64,000 nt of DNA from Longimicrobiales bacterium (GTDB taxonomy: Bacteria; Gemmatimonadota; Gemmatimonadetes; Longimicrobiales; Gaopeijiaceae): the NCBI GenBank assembly GCA_965116905.1, contig OZ220732.1, forward strand, positions 2,944,001 through 3,008,000. The letters are read 5' to 3'. The translations under genes and the position numbers were made by a program. The notes beneath the pieces are model-generated. The model was not told where the DNA came from. It made no database searches and saw only the letters and a list, made by a program, of their open reading frames with translations. Within the stretch, counting starts at the first letter, position 1, and each line of letters begins with the position of its first letter. Shown one piece after another: positions 28,155-37,548 of this stretch.

Positions 28155-28227
28155 AGCGGGAGACGGGACTCGAACCCGCGACCCTCAGCTTGGGAAGCTG
28201 ATGCTCTACCAACTGAGCTACTCCCGC
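28155..28227 (-). tRNA. tRNA-Gly(CCC), CCA not encoded
   Basis: GCGGGAGTAGCTCAGTTGGTAGAGCATCAGC-TTCCCAA-GCTGAGGGTCGCGGGTTCGAGTCCCGTCTCCCGCT. Confidence 0.97.
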
Positions 28228-28274
28228 GCGCGCCCCCGGGCCCCCGGTCCAGGCGCCCTGGCAGCCCGCAGACC

Positions 28275-29705
28275 CTAGCGTGGACTCACGACCTCGTAGT
28301 AGTACCCCAGGACGCTCTCCTCACTGGTAAGGTCGGCGCGGAACAGCTCGGCATTCCCCTGTGCCGGCGCGGTGACCCGGATATCGATCGCCCCGATTTC
28401 GGCACCGTCTTCGCCGTTGAAGTGCACGCGAATCGTCACAACGGCTCCCGGATCAAGGGTGTTGTTGACGAGCTGCCCGGAAACAGAGCCGCCGCCGGCC
28501 GTGCGAGGCGTAAGCTGACTTTCCTCGATTCGGAAGGCGAGCCCCTCCCGGGTCTGAAGTACTTGAACCGCCTCCTGGCTCTGATCGGTTTCAACGAGAC
28601 CCTGGGCCAGAATCGTATAGCTGTCGGGGTTGTAGCCGTCGAGTTCCAGGAGGTCTCGCGCAACGGGAATCAAGTCGTCCCAGTTGCCGGCCTCGTACAG
28701 CGACTGCGCCAGGTTGAACACCGCATCACGGTTTTCGGGCGCGACTTCGGCCACCTGCTGGAAGGCCTCTGCGGCGCGGCCGTACAGTACCGGGGCCTCT
28801 TCGGTGTCCGAAGCACTGGATGCGGCGCCATACAGTCCGACGCCGATATTGAAGAGTTCCCGCATGCCCAGATCGGCGGCCCCGGCCAGCAGGTTGTCGT
28901 AGATCGCCTGCGCGGAGTCGGGCATCCCCGCCTCGGACAGCACCGAGGCCAGGCTGGACAGCGCGCCAACATCGCCCGGATTCCCCTCGAGGAAGCGCTC
29001 GTATTCGCCGATCGCTTCGTCGTAGCGTTCCTGCTGACTCAACAACATCGCCCGGTTGAACGAGACGTTCATCTCACTCTGCGCCCAGCTGGCCGCGGTC
29101 ACACTGTCCGCCTCCTCCATCCGCGGTCCGCGGATGATGGCCAGCGCCGCGCCGAACGCCTCGATTGCGTCGTCGATCCGCCCGACCTGGTTGTACGTCA
29201 CCGCCAGATTGATCAGCGCTTCGGGGCGCTGGTCCGGGAAGATCGCCTCGGCGGCTTCCAGGAACCGTATGCCCTCGTCACTGTCGCCGGTGTCGAGCGG
29301 CTCGATCGCCGAATTGAAGAGTGCGATCCACGCCGTTTCCCGCTGGATGCGAACATCCTGCTCGTAGTCGGGATAGAGCTCCGTGGCCATTTCGAAGAGC
29401 GTGTCGGCGGCCACGTGATCGCCCAGGCCGATCTGTGCCCGGCCCGCCTGGTAGTAGCCAAGCGGGTTCGTGGAATCCCCCAGGATCGCCGCCATGGCCG
29501 CGGTCAGGGCTTGCTGGAACCGGGAGGGGTCCCCAAGCGTCTCCGCCTGGGTCAGGAACAACTCCGCACTCCTGGTGTCGTCGTTTTCCCTGGGAGGATT
29601 CCCTTCCTCTCCTCCTCCGCCCCCACCACCGCCGCCCGAAGCACAGCCGGAAAGCGCAAGCGCGGCGGCAACCGCCAAAGATAGTCCGAACCTGGACTTG
29701 TCCAC
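28275..29705 (-). CDS. TPR lipoprotein with poly-Gly linker and C-terminal beta-sandwich (FxLYD-like)
   Basis: GTG 29705 with SD AGGAGG, lipobox LSGC, multiple TPRs (EALINLA, DAVFNLAQ). Confidence 0.85.
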   Translation of the reverse strand: MDKSRFGLSLAVAAALALSGCASGGGGGGGGGEEGNPPRENDDTRSAELFLTQAETLGDPSRFQQALTAAMAAILGDSTNPLGYYQAGRAQIGLGDHVAADTLFEMATELYPDYEQDVRIQRETAWIALFNSAIEPLDTGDSDEGIRFLEAAEAIFPDQRPEALINLAVTYNQVGRIDDAIEAFGAALAIIRGPRMEEADSVTAASWAQSEMNVSFNRAMLLSQQERYDEAIGEYERFLEGNPGDVGALSSLASVLSEAGMPDSAQAIYDNLLAGAADLGMRELFNIGVGLYGAASSASDTEEAPVLYGRAAEAFQQVAEVAPENRDAVFNLAQSLYEAGNWDDLIPVARDLLELDGYNPDSYTILAQGLVETDQSQEAVQVLQTREGLAFRIEESQLTPRTAGGGSVSGQLVNNTLDPGAVVTIRVHFNGEDGAEIGAIDIRVTAPAQGNAELFRADLTSEESVLGYYYEVVSPR

Positions 29706-29782
29706 GAGAACCTCCTGAGATCTTCCGAACCAAGCGCCCGCTCGCCGCAGCAACTCCGGAAAGCGGATGCAGCCAAGCAGGA

Positions 29783-29811
29783 AGTATATGGATCGGCGGG
29801 GTCCGGGTCAA
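29783..29811 (-). promoter_or_regulatory. Sigma70-type promoter for the TPR lipoprotein/tRNA-Gly unit
   Basis: TTGACC-17 bp-TATACT. Confidence 0.7.
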
Positions 29812-29843
29812 AGGGCTTCGGGGCCTCGGGCGGCGAGGCACGC

Positions 29844-31691
29844 CTACCGGCTCGACCGCGTCAGATACGTCAGGATGCGCGCTCCCATGGCCTCGCTGAA
29901 CCCGGGGATGCGGCCGATCTCGGCGGGCGTCGCCTCCTTGACGCCCCGCAGGGACCCAAAGCGCGACAACAGCGCTCGCTGCCGGGCGGGACCGATCCCC
30001 GGAATGTCGCCCAATGCGGAGCGCACGGTGCGGCGCGAGCGGAGCTTCCGGTTGTAACGCACGGCGAACCGGTGGGCCTCGTCGCGGACCCGCTGCAGCA
30101 GATGGAGCGACCGCGCGGTCCGCGGCAACCGAAGCCCATCGCGGTCGCCCGGGCGGAAGACGACCTCCTCTCTCTTCGCGAGTGCCGCCAGCGCCACATC
30201 CCGGAACCCGAGCCCGGCGAGCGCTTCCCGTGCGGCGCCGAGCTGTCCGCGGCCGCCGTCGATCACGGCGAGGTCGGGCAGCGGATCCTCTCCATCCGCC
30301 AGCCGGGCAAAGTACCGGCGGACAGCTTCCGCCATCGATTCGTAGTCGTCGTTGCCCCTCCCCGCCTGGATTTTCATGTGGCGGTATCCCGACTTCTTCG
30401 GCTCCCCGTTCTCGAACAGAACCGCGCTGCCGACAGTCTCCGATCCCTGGATATGCGAAATGTCGAAGCACACGATCAGGCGCGGCACGACCTTCAGCCC
30501 GAGCCTGTCCTGAAGCTCGTAGAGCACGTCGTCGGTGCGCATCGGGGCAACCCCTCCCGTCCTGATACGATCTTCGATAGCATGGCGGGCGTTGGCGGTC
30601 GCAAGTTCGATCAGGCGCGCCTTGGCACCCCTCTTCGGCATGCGCACCACCACGCGACGGGCCGACTGGTCACTCAGGATCCTCTCCAGGAGGCCTCGAT
30701 CAGCAAAGTCCACGGGAAGGAGCACTTCACGCGGAAGCTCCTGGAGCGCACGGGAGCCGCTGGACAGGTAGGCATGGGACACCGACCGCGCGACGAGGTC
30801 CGCGTCGTCCTCTCCTTCGGTGCCCGTCATCACCTGGGTATCGCGGCCGATCAGGGTGCCATGGCGGAAACGCAGCGTCACGGCGGCGGCAATCCCCCCA
30901 TCCCTGGCGATGCCCAGGACGTCCTGATCCCCCCCGCCCACCTTCTCGACGCGTTGCTGGCGGGCGATGCCATCGAGCCCGGCGAGGACGTCACGCAACT
31001 GGGCCGCCCGCTCGAAGTCCATTGCGGCAGATGCCTTGTGCATCTGAGTTTCAACTTCTGCCTGAACCGAACCGACATCGCCGGCAAGGATGCGGACGAC
31101 CCGTTCGATCATGCCGCGGTAGTCCTCCTCGGTCTGGAGGCCGACGCACGGCGCGGCGCACCGGCCGATGTGATGATCCAGGCACGGCCGCGCCGGCGCT
31201 TCTCCCGGCAGGTCGTAGCGGCACGACCGCACACCGTGCACGCGCTTCACCAGCTCGAGCGCGCGGCGCACCCGCCCCACCGAGACGAAGGGTCCGAAAT
31301 AGCGGGATCCATCCTGGCGCACACGCCGGGTCACGTACGCTCGCGGGAAGGGCTCGTTGACCGTGACCTTGACGTACGGGTATCTCTTGTCGTCGCGGAG
31401 CTGGATATTGAAGCGCGGCTGGTGCTCCTTGATGAGATTGGCCTCGAGGATCAGGGCCTCCGCCTCGGAGCCCACGACCAGCGTGTCCACGGTGGCGGTC
31501 TGGCGGACCAGTTCGCGGGTCTTGATCTCCATCCCGCTCCCCTGGCCCAGATACGACCGCACGCGCAGGCGCAGCGCCTTGGCCTTCCCGATGTAGAGGA
31601 TCTCTCCCCGGGCGCTGCGGAACATATAGACACCCGGGCCGGCCGGGAGCCCCGCGACGTGGTGCAAATCGAAGGGGATGCCGCGCTTCAC
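29844..31691 (-). CDS. uvrC: Excinuclease ABC subunit C
   Basis: PGVYMF...YIGKAKALR (GIY-YIG), CFDISHIQG, IDGGRGQL, RDEAHRFA, HhH tail. Confidence 0.98.
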   Translation of the reverse strand: MKRGIPFDLHHVAGLPAGPGVYMFRSARGEILYIGKAKALRLRVRSYLGQGSGMEIKTRELVRQTATVDTLVVGSEAEALILEANLIKEHQPRFNIQLRDDKRYPYVKVTVNEPFPRAYVTRRVRQDGSRYFGPFVSVGRVRRALELVKRVHGVRSCRYDLPGEAPARPCLDHHIGRCAAPCVGLQTEEDYRGMIERVVRILAGDVGSVQAEVETQMHKASAAMDFERAAQLRDVLAGLDGIARQQRVEKVGGGDQDVLGIARDGGIAAAVTLRFRHGTLIGRDTQVMTGTEGEDDADLVARSVSHAYLSSGSRALQELPREVLLPVDFADRGLLERILSDQSARRVVVRMPKRGAKARLIELATANARHAIEDRIRTGGVAPMRTDDVLYELQDRLGLKVVPRLIVCFDISHIQGSETVGSAVLFENGEPKKSGYRHMKIQAGRGNDDYESMAEAVRRYFARLADGEDPLPDLAVIDGGRGQLGAAREALAGLGFRDVALAALAKREEVVFRPGDRDGLRLPRTARSLHLLQRVRDEAHRFAVRYNRKLRSRRTVRSALGDIPGIGPARQRALLSRFGSLRGVKEATPAEIGRIPGFSEAMGARILTYLTRSSR

Positions 31692-31697
31692 GCTGGT

Positions 31698-33230
31698 CTA
31701 CCTCCGACGCCGGTTCCCGAGTTTCAGGGCCGAGAACCCGAGCCGGTGGGTTCCGAGCAGGTAGATCGCGGCCACGGGTCCGATCGTGGCCGCTGCCTCG
31801 ATGATCGGACCCACGGGTGGCAGTGCCGCGCGGATGGCCAGTCCCGCTCCGACCGCAACCGCCGTCACGAGAAGGTAGACGCGCACGTGACGCCCACCCA
31901 ACGAGATCCCCGAGAGGCGCCCCCCCACCGCCCGGCGGAGGAGCAGGAACTCGAGCCACGCGCCCGCAGTCGCTCCGGCGGCGAGACCGGCGGCGCCCAT
32001 TCCGAGCCCCCCCACGACGAACCGGTCGAAGGGGAACATCAGCGAGGCGCCGATGGCCGCCGAGACCAGGATCCGCAGGTAGGAGATCCGGGCGGCGGTC
32101 CGCGTATCGCCAAAAGCGTAGAGCGCCGAGGAGAGCACGCGCGAGGCGCCCGAAGCCGGCAGTCCCGGGGCATAGGCGGCCAGGACCAGGCCCGCGGCAG
32201 CGGCGTCGTCCGGACCGAACGCCCCGGATCGGAACACCACCATGCACTGCTCCCGGAAAAGGATGTATCCGGCGGTCACCGGCACGAGCCAGAAGAGGAC
32301 CCGGCCGACCGCCTGCTCGGTCCGTTCGCGAACCGCCTGCGCGCCGGCGACGCGATCCCTCGACAGCTCCGGCAGCTCCGATGCCGCGATCGACATTCCA
32401 AACAGTGAGATGGGCAGGATGTACAGCGGTTGCGCGTACCCCATCAATCCGACAGCCCCCACCGCCAACAGCGTGGCCAGGTTCTGGTCGATGAGCGCGC
32501 CGATGTTCACGGCCCCGCGGGCCGCGACGGCCGGCAGGAAGTTGCGCACGACCTCCCGGACAGGGCCGGTCCGCGCGTCGAGCGAGGGCCTCACGTGCCT
32601 CAGATGGCGCACCAGGAAAGGCACCTGGAAAAGTAGTTGCAACGCCCCGCCCGCCAGGGCGCCCCAGGCCAGGGCGGTCAGTAGATCTGCTCCCGCCATG
32701 CCCCGGCTGGCCGCCGCCACCATTGCCGTGATCATGGCCAGGTTCCACAGCGATGGCGCCACGTAGGAAACAAAGAAGCGGCGATGGCTGTTCAGAACGC
32801 CCAGCGCCCACGCCGACACGACGAGCAGACCCGCCATCGGAAAGAGCAGCCGAAGCAATCCGGTGACGATCTCGGCTCTGCCGTCGGCCGTAAATCCGAA
32901 CGCCAGCACGGAGACCAGATGGGGTGCAGCCCAGCTTCCCAGGGCCGCCATGGCGCCGGCCGCCACCGCGAGCAGCCCGAGCACGGCTCCCGCCGCCCGT
33001 CCGGCCTCAACCTCCCTGCCCTCTTCCAGGAGCCGGACATAGGCGGGAATGAAAGAGGCGCTCAGGCTGCCCTCGCCCAGCAGGTTCTGGATGACGTTCG
33101 GGATCCGCAGGGCCGCGGTCCACGCGTCCGCCAGGTCCCCGGTGCCGAAGTAGTGGGCGAAAACGCGTCCGCGCACCAGGCCGAGGACCCGGCTGACGAG
33201 GATGCCGGATGCTACGCTGGAGGCAGCCAA
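31698..33230 (-). CDS. murJ: Lipid II flippase MurJ
   Basis: SRVLGLVR, ALRIPN...LLGEGSLSASFIP, LQLLFQVP; about 14 TM segments. Confidence 0.95.
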   Translation of the reverse strand: MAASSVASGILVSRVLGLVRGRVFAHYFGTGDLADAWTAALRIPNVIQNLLGEGSLSASFIPAYVRLLEEGREVEAGRAAGAVLGLLAVAAGAMAALGSWAAPHLVSVLAFGFTADGRAEIVTGLLRLLFPMAGLLVVSAWALGVLNSHRRFFVSYVAPSLWNLAMITAMVAAASRGMAGADLLTALAWGALAGGALQLLFQVPFLVRHLRHVRPSLDARTGPVREVVRNFLPAVAARGAVNIGALIDQNLATLLAVGAVGLMGYAQPLYILPISLFGMSIAASELPELSRDRVAGAQAVRERTEQAVGRVLFWLVPVTAGYILFREQCMVVFRSGAFGPDDAAAAGLVLAAYAPGLPASGASRVLSSALYAFGDTRTAARISYLRILVSAAIGASLMFPFDRFVVGGLGMGAAGLAAGATAGAWLEFLLLRRAVGGRLSGISLGGRHVRVYLLVTAVAVGAGLAIRAALPPVGPIIEAAATIGPVAAIYLLGTHRLGFSALKLGNRRRR

Positions 33231-33304
33231 GGCTCCGTCGCCGCTAGCGTCGTATCCCGGAGATCCGCGTGCCCGAATAGCCGCGGTGCTTCCGGGGCAC
33301 GGCG

Positions 33305-33598
33305 CTAATGCTCCGGGTCGTGGGTCTCATCGCCGGCACCGTCCGGCAACGACCTGCGCTCCGAACGGTCGGCGAGGAGCTTCTGGAAGAACTGGTTCTC
33401 TTCGTCCAGCCGTCCCACTTCGCTCGTGAGACGTTCCAGCTCGCTTTCGAGGTACACCAGGCGATCGTGCGTGGCACCATCCCCCTCCCTCAGATTCCGG
33501 CGCTCAAGCCGGCGCGCGATCGCCTTCCCCACGTCGGAATCGAGCACGATCGCGAGGATCGGGATCAACAGCACAAGCACGGCGATCAATACAAGCAT
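33305..33598 (-). CDS. Small single-TM coiled-coil hypothetical protein
   Basis: Hydrophobic N-terminus, GKAIARRLE, LESELERL...EENQFFQKLL. Confidence 0.75.
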   Translation of the reverse strand: MLVLIAVLVLLIPILAIVLDSDVGKAIARRLERRNLREGDGATHDRLVYLESELERLTSEVGRLDEENQFFQKLLADRSERRSLPDGAGDETHDPEH

Positions 33599-33607
33599 GA
33601 CGTAAAG

Positions 33608-35248
33608 CTATGGCGTTTCATCCGAACGTGGCAAAGACCCCGCCCGCTCCACGGTGGTCTCGTCGGCCAGAACGCGGATCCGTTCACGGAGCATGGTGAC
33701 GAAATCCGGTCCGTACCTCACGGCGTACTGAAGCGGGCTCAGTACACGGTCCTGAGGCTTGCCCGCCGGCCACAGATTGACGCCGGCCTTGGCGATCTGG
33801 CTGGCGATCGTCTCGCTCCGCCGCTTGATGGCCCGCACGACTTTCTTCTCGAGAGCGCCAAGCGCGGACAGACCGGCGTTGCGTGCCTTGATCACCGCGC
33901 CCCGGAGCACCGGATCGACCGCGGCGGATGCGCTGGAGACGTCGCGGGCACGCGACTCGAGGCCCTGTCGCCAGCGGCTCAGCCCATCCTTCAGGTCTTC
34001 CGGCATTCCGTCTCGTGCGAACCGCGCCTGGAGCAGGTCCCCGTCACGAAGGTCGTCGACCGTGACCCCCAGCTTCTCCATGACCCTGGAGACCTTCCTC
34101 TCGACGACAAGCAGGGACGCGCGTGGCGCAACCACGGGCATCCCGACCCCGTGGCGGCGGAACAGCGCGCCCAATTGACCGAAATACGCCACTTCGCCCG
34201 GTCCCGCAACATAGGCCAGAGTCGGGAACACGAAGCCCTCCACGACCGGACGCAGCAGCACGTTGGGCGACACCAGATCGACCGACTCGTCGATGACGCG
34301 AAGAATGCGCCCCCGGGAGAAATCGCGGCCGGAGCGCCGCAGCCTGAACCCGCCGTCCGTCACGAGAAGCCTGTCGCGGCCCTGGCGAGTGTCGAAGAAC
34401 AGATTGGTGGCCCCCGGCGCCAGTGGGACCTGCAGCCTGTAGCCCGCGGACGCAAGGTGCCCGGCGGTCTCCGTCAACGCCTCTTCGCTCGCCGACGGAT
34501 CCTCGGCCTCCGCGCGCAGGACCGGCCGGGCCAGTTCCTTTAGCCGTGCGTCGGCCCCGTCGACCAGGCCGATCGGCGTGTCCCGCAGCAGAGCCGCCAT
34601 CAGGTCCGCGTACGCGGAAGCCAGCGTGGATCCGGGGTGGTAGGCCTCGCGCAGCAGATCCAGGTACCCGTCGCGATAGTCGTTGCGCGGAAAGCACGCG
34701 GACAGCTCGCCGAGAGCCTGCGCACCCCGGTCACCCAGGAGAATATCGCCAACAGCGCGAGGCATCGGATCCTCGGCGGGCCCCAACGTGATACGGCGCA
34801 GGCGATTCCCGGGATCGATGACGTGGGCGTGGTTCGCCTCGACCCAGTCGTGATCGTCGGAGGCGATCCAGAAGAGCGGCATGACGGGCTTGCCGACAAC
34901 CGGCTCCAGCTCCTCGGCCAGCCGAACGGCCGTCAGCGCCTTGTACAGGCTGTAGAGCGGACCGCCGAACAGGCCGGGCTGCTGTCCCGTAGTGACGAAG
35001 AAGCCCTGCCGATCGACAACGTCCCGAAGCGCGGCCCTCCCGTTGGGTCCCGCCGGGCGCACAAGCTCGGCGGACGAGGAAAGCCGGGCGGGACCGTCCT
35101 CCCGCGTCAGCTCGTCGGCCTTGATCCGGTAGCTGCGGGCGTCGCCGGGGGAGCCCCGATAGAACGCCGATGCCGTGTCCGATCCTTCCAGGTAGTCCCG
35201 AACCAGCCGCGAACCCCCGAGGGGCCTGGAGAGCAGGCGCAGGTCCAC
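33608..35248 (-). CDS. bshC: Bacillithiol biosynthesis cysteine-adding enzyme BshC
   Basis: VTTGQQPGLFGGPLYSLYKA, FWIASDDHDW, SPNVLLRP, YVAGPGEVAYF, PQDR. GTG 35248 is the preferred start. Confidence 0.95.
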   Translation of the reverse strand: MDLRLLSRPLGGSRLVRDYLEGSDTASAFYRGSPGDARSYRIKADELTREDGPARLSSSAELVRPAGPNGRAALRDVVDRQGFFVTTGQQPGLFGGPLYSLYKALTAVRLAEELEPVVGKPVMPLFWIASDDHDWVEANHAHVIDPGNRLRRITLGPAEDPMPRAVGDILLGDRGAQALGELSACFPRNDYRDGYLDLLREAYHPGSTLASAYADLMAALLRDTPIGLVDGADARLKELARPVLRAEAEDPSASEEALTETAGHLASAGYRLQVPLAPGATNLFFDTRQGRDRLLVTDGGFRLRRSGRDFSRGRILRVIDESVDLVSPNVLLRPVVEGFVFPTLAYVAGPGEVAYFGQLGALFRRHGVGMPVVAPRASLLVVERKVSRVMEKLGVTVDDLRDGDLLQARFARDGMPEDLKDGLSRWRQGLESRARDVSSASAAVDPVLRGAVIKARNAGLSALGALEKKVVRAIKRRSETIASQIAKAGVNLWPAGKPQDRVLSPLQYAVRYGPDFVTMLRERIRVLADETTVERAGSLPRSDETP

Positions 35249-35275
35249 TAACCGGACCTTCCCGCACGGACACAA

Positions 35276-35324
35276 AACCGCCCGGCGCACCCACGGAACC
35301 GCCCGGCGCGTCCACGGAACCGCC
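35276..35324. repeat. 21-bp tandem repeat x2.3 upstream of bshC
   Basis: aaccgcccggcgcacccacgg / aaccgcccggcgcgtccacgg / aaccgcc. Confidence 0.85.
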
Positions 35325-35333
35325 GCGGAGCCG

Positions 35334-36077
35334 TCATCCGGCTGCCCTGGCGACCAGGATGTACCGTGTCGAGGCCGGCGAGAACGGTGTCCGGTCGTAG
35401 CCGCCGAAGGTGGGACCCGGGGTCATGCCGGCGGACCGCAACATGGAAGTCAGTTCACGCGGACGGTAGAGCCGCACGCGCTCGACGAACTCCCTGCTCG
35501 ACGTACCGTCCACAGGCTTCAGCGTGATCCGCTTCTCGACGATCCGGCCGCCGTTCACGAGCCTTCTCTCCTGGACCACGTCGACCCCGGAAGCACTGCG
35601 GCGATCCTCGGTCCTGAGGTTGGCGACCACATGGTCCGCGTTCAGGAAATCGAGAAGGAACCGCCCGCCGGCCCTCAGCACCCTCCGCACCTCGTGCAAG
35701 ACATCCAGGTCCTCGTCCTCGTCGTCGAAGTAGCCGAAGGAAGTAAAGTAGGACGTAACCACGTCGAACGAACCCGTGCGGAATGGCGGCCGCCTCATGT
35801 CACCAAGCACGAGACCGGCCACGGGAACGGACTTGCGGGCCGCTTCGATCAGCGGGCGAGAGAGGTCGAGCCCTGTCGCCCGATACCCGATCCGCTCCAT
35901 TTCCGTGAGGTGCCTGCCCGCTCCGCACCCGAGGTCGAGTACGCGCGTACCCGATCCCAGGCCGGTGGTATCCCGCAGCAGCGAGACCGCCTGACGCGCC
36001 TCCGCCCTGTCCCGATGCGGATAGAGAGCCAGGTATTCTCCACCGAACCAGTCTCGAAACCACGGGGTGCGTTTCAC
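35334..36077 (-). CDS. Class I SAM methyltransferase, NmbA-like
   Basis: WFRDWF..EYLALYPHRD..EA, VLDLGCGAGRH, FTSFGYF, EFVERVRLY. GTGA overlap with rlmH. Confidence 0.88.
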   Translation of the reverse strand: MKRTPWFRDWFGGEYLALYPHRDRAEARQAVSLLRDTTGLGSGTRVLDLGCGAGRHLTEMERIGYRATGLDLSRPLIEAARKSVPVAGLVLGDMRRPPFRTGSFDVVTSYFTSFGYFDDEDEDLDVLHEVRRVLRAGGRFLLDFLNADHVVANLRTEDRRSASGVDVVQERRLVNGGRIVEKRITLKPVDGTSSREFVERVRLYRPRELTSMLRSAGMTPGPTFGGYDRTPFSPASTRYILVARAAG

Positions 36078-36538
36078 TTCGGTCCCTTGTGGTAGGGTTC
36101 GTTCCTGAGGATGGTCCCGGCCCGGTACAGCTGTTCCATGAGCACCAGCCGCGCAAAATCGTGCGGCAGCGTGAATGACGAAAGGGACAGTGTGGCCTCG
36201 CAGTCGCGTCGGAGATCCTCGGCGAGGCCGAACGCCCCGCCGATAAGGAAGTGTACCCCCCTTTCGGGTCCTAGCGAAAAGCGCTCGAGCCGGCGTGCCA
36301 TCTCCACCGACGACCACGGCCGGCCATCACGCGTCAGCGCGACCCGGACGAATCCGGGCCGGATCCGAGACCTGATCGCCTCCGCCTCCTTCCGCAGGAC
36401 GTGCGCGGCGAGCTTGCCGCGCGCCTGGGGCACTTCCACGACCTCCAGGCGCCAATAGCGGGCCGCGCGACCCTCGTAGTCCGCGAGCACGGCCCGGAGG
36501 CTCCCGGCCTTCCCGACCGCGACGACCGAGACCTTCAT
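36074..36538 (-). CDS. rlmH: 23S rRNA pseudouridine1915 N3-methyltransferase RlmH
   Basis: VAVGK, FLIGGAFG, LSSFTLPH..ARLVLMEQLYRA..I....PYHK. Confidence 0.96.
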   Translation of the reverse strand: MKVSVVAVGKAGSLRAVLADYEGRAARYWRLEVVEVPQARGKLAAHVLRKEAEAIRSRIRPGFVRVALTRDGRPWSSVEMARRLERFSLGPERGVHFLIGGAFGLAEDLRRDCEATLSLSSFTLPHDFARLVLMEQLYRAGTILRNEPYHKGPK

Positions 36539-37548
36539 GGATCCCGGACCAGGCAGGCCAGCATGCTGCGAAGTGGTTCCCGCGGCTCATCCACCACGCT
36601 GAACCCAACCGCGACGCAGCGGCGCGCCAAACCCGGAAAAGCCGCCAGCTTCTGCGCGTCCTTCGCGGTACAGACCACCGTCCTGCCGTTGCATCGCCGC
36701 GACAGCTGCGCGATGTCGCGCACCCCGAATCGGTGATGATCCGGGAAGGCGGCCAGGTCCACGGTGGAGCCCGGCAGCAGCTCTCTCAGGCCGGCGGCGA
36801 ACGCCTCCGGGCGCGCGATCGAGCACACCGCGAGCACGTTGCCCGCCGGCGGCTCGGCCGGTGATCCGGCCAGGTCGTGCCATCCGCCCATCCGCATCTC
36901 GAGCGTGGAACTGCTCACCTCGGGCGCGAGGCGCGCAAGCCTGGCGATCCACGCATCCGCCGCGGTGCGCTCCGGGCCTCTCCTGGTCACCAGGATATGC
37001 GTGGCCCGTCCGGCGGAAGTCAGGGGCTCCCGGTACGGCCCGCGCGGCAGAAGACGCACGTCCCACGGGTCCTCGGCCGCAACGAGGAGGATGTCCAGCG
37101 CACGCGCCGCCCGACGGTGCTGAAAGCCGTCGTCCAGGAGCGCGAGATCGTGGCCGGCGTTCCAGGCGGAGTGGACACCCGCGACCCGGTCGGGTCCGGC
37201 AAAGACCGCACCGCGTCCGCACCACCGCCTGTAGAGGGCGACCTCATCCCCTCCATAGCCGCGGGTCACCACGGCCGCCCGCTTCCCGATCCCGGCGAGC
37301 CAGTCCCACAGCCACCGGATCACGGGCGTCTTGCCGGTGCCGCCGACCGTGAGGTTGCCAACGGATACGACCGGGATGGGCCCCTGCCGTGGCGGCCTGT
37401 GGTCGTACCAGCGATTCCTGGCCGCCACCACCGCGCGAAACGATGGTTCGGCGGACGCCAGCAACCCCGCGAGCATCCGGTCAGCCCCCGTCGGGTTCGG
37501 GTCGCGCCAGAGACTGGCCAGCCGGGCCCGCGCCGCCGCCGCGATCAC
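36535..37548 (-). CDS. lpxK: Tetraacyldisaccharide 4'-kinase
   Basis: VSVGNLTVGGTGKTP, TRGYGG, LDDGFQH, FPDHH, CTAKDA. GTGA overlap with lpxB. Confidence 0.95.
   Translation of the reverse strand: MIAAAARARLASLWRDPNPTGADRMLAGLLASAEPSFRAVVAARNRWYDHRPPRQGPIPVVSVGNLTVGGTGKTPVIRWLWDWLAGIGKRAAVVTRGYGGDEVALYRRWCGRGAVFAGPDRVAGVHSAWNAGHDLALLDDGFQHRRAARALDILLVAAEDPWDVRLLPRGPYREPLTSAGRATHILVTRRGPERTAADAWIARLARLAPEVSSSTLEMRMGGWHDLAGSPAEPPAGNVLAVCSIARPEAFAAGLRELLPGSTVDLAAFPDHHRFGVRDIAQLSRRCNGRTVVCTAKDAQKLAAFPGLARRCVAVGFSVVDEPREPLRSMLACLVRDP

Noticed and set aside
28121..28227. tRNA-Gly (and the other tRNAs) as integration sites of an island
   Set aside because: No integrase, and I saw no duplicated tRNA 3' end in the window.
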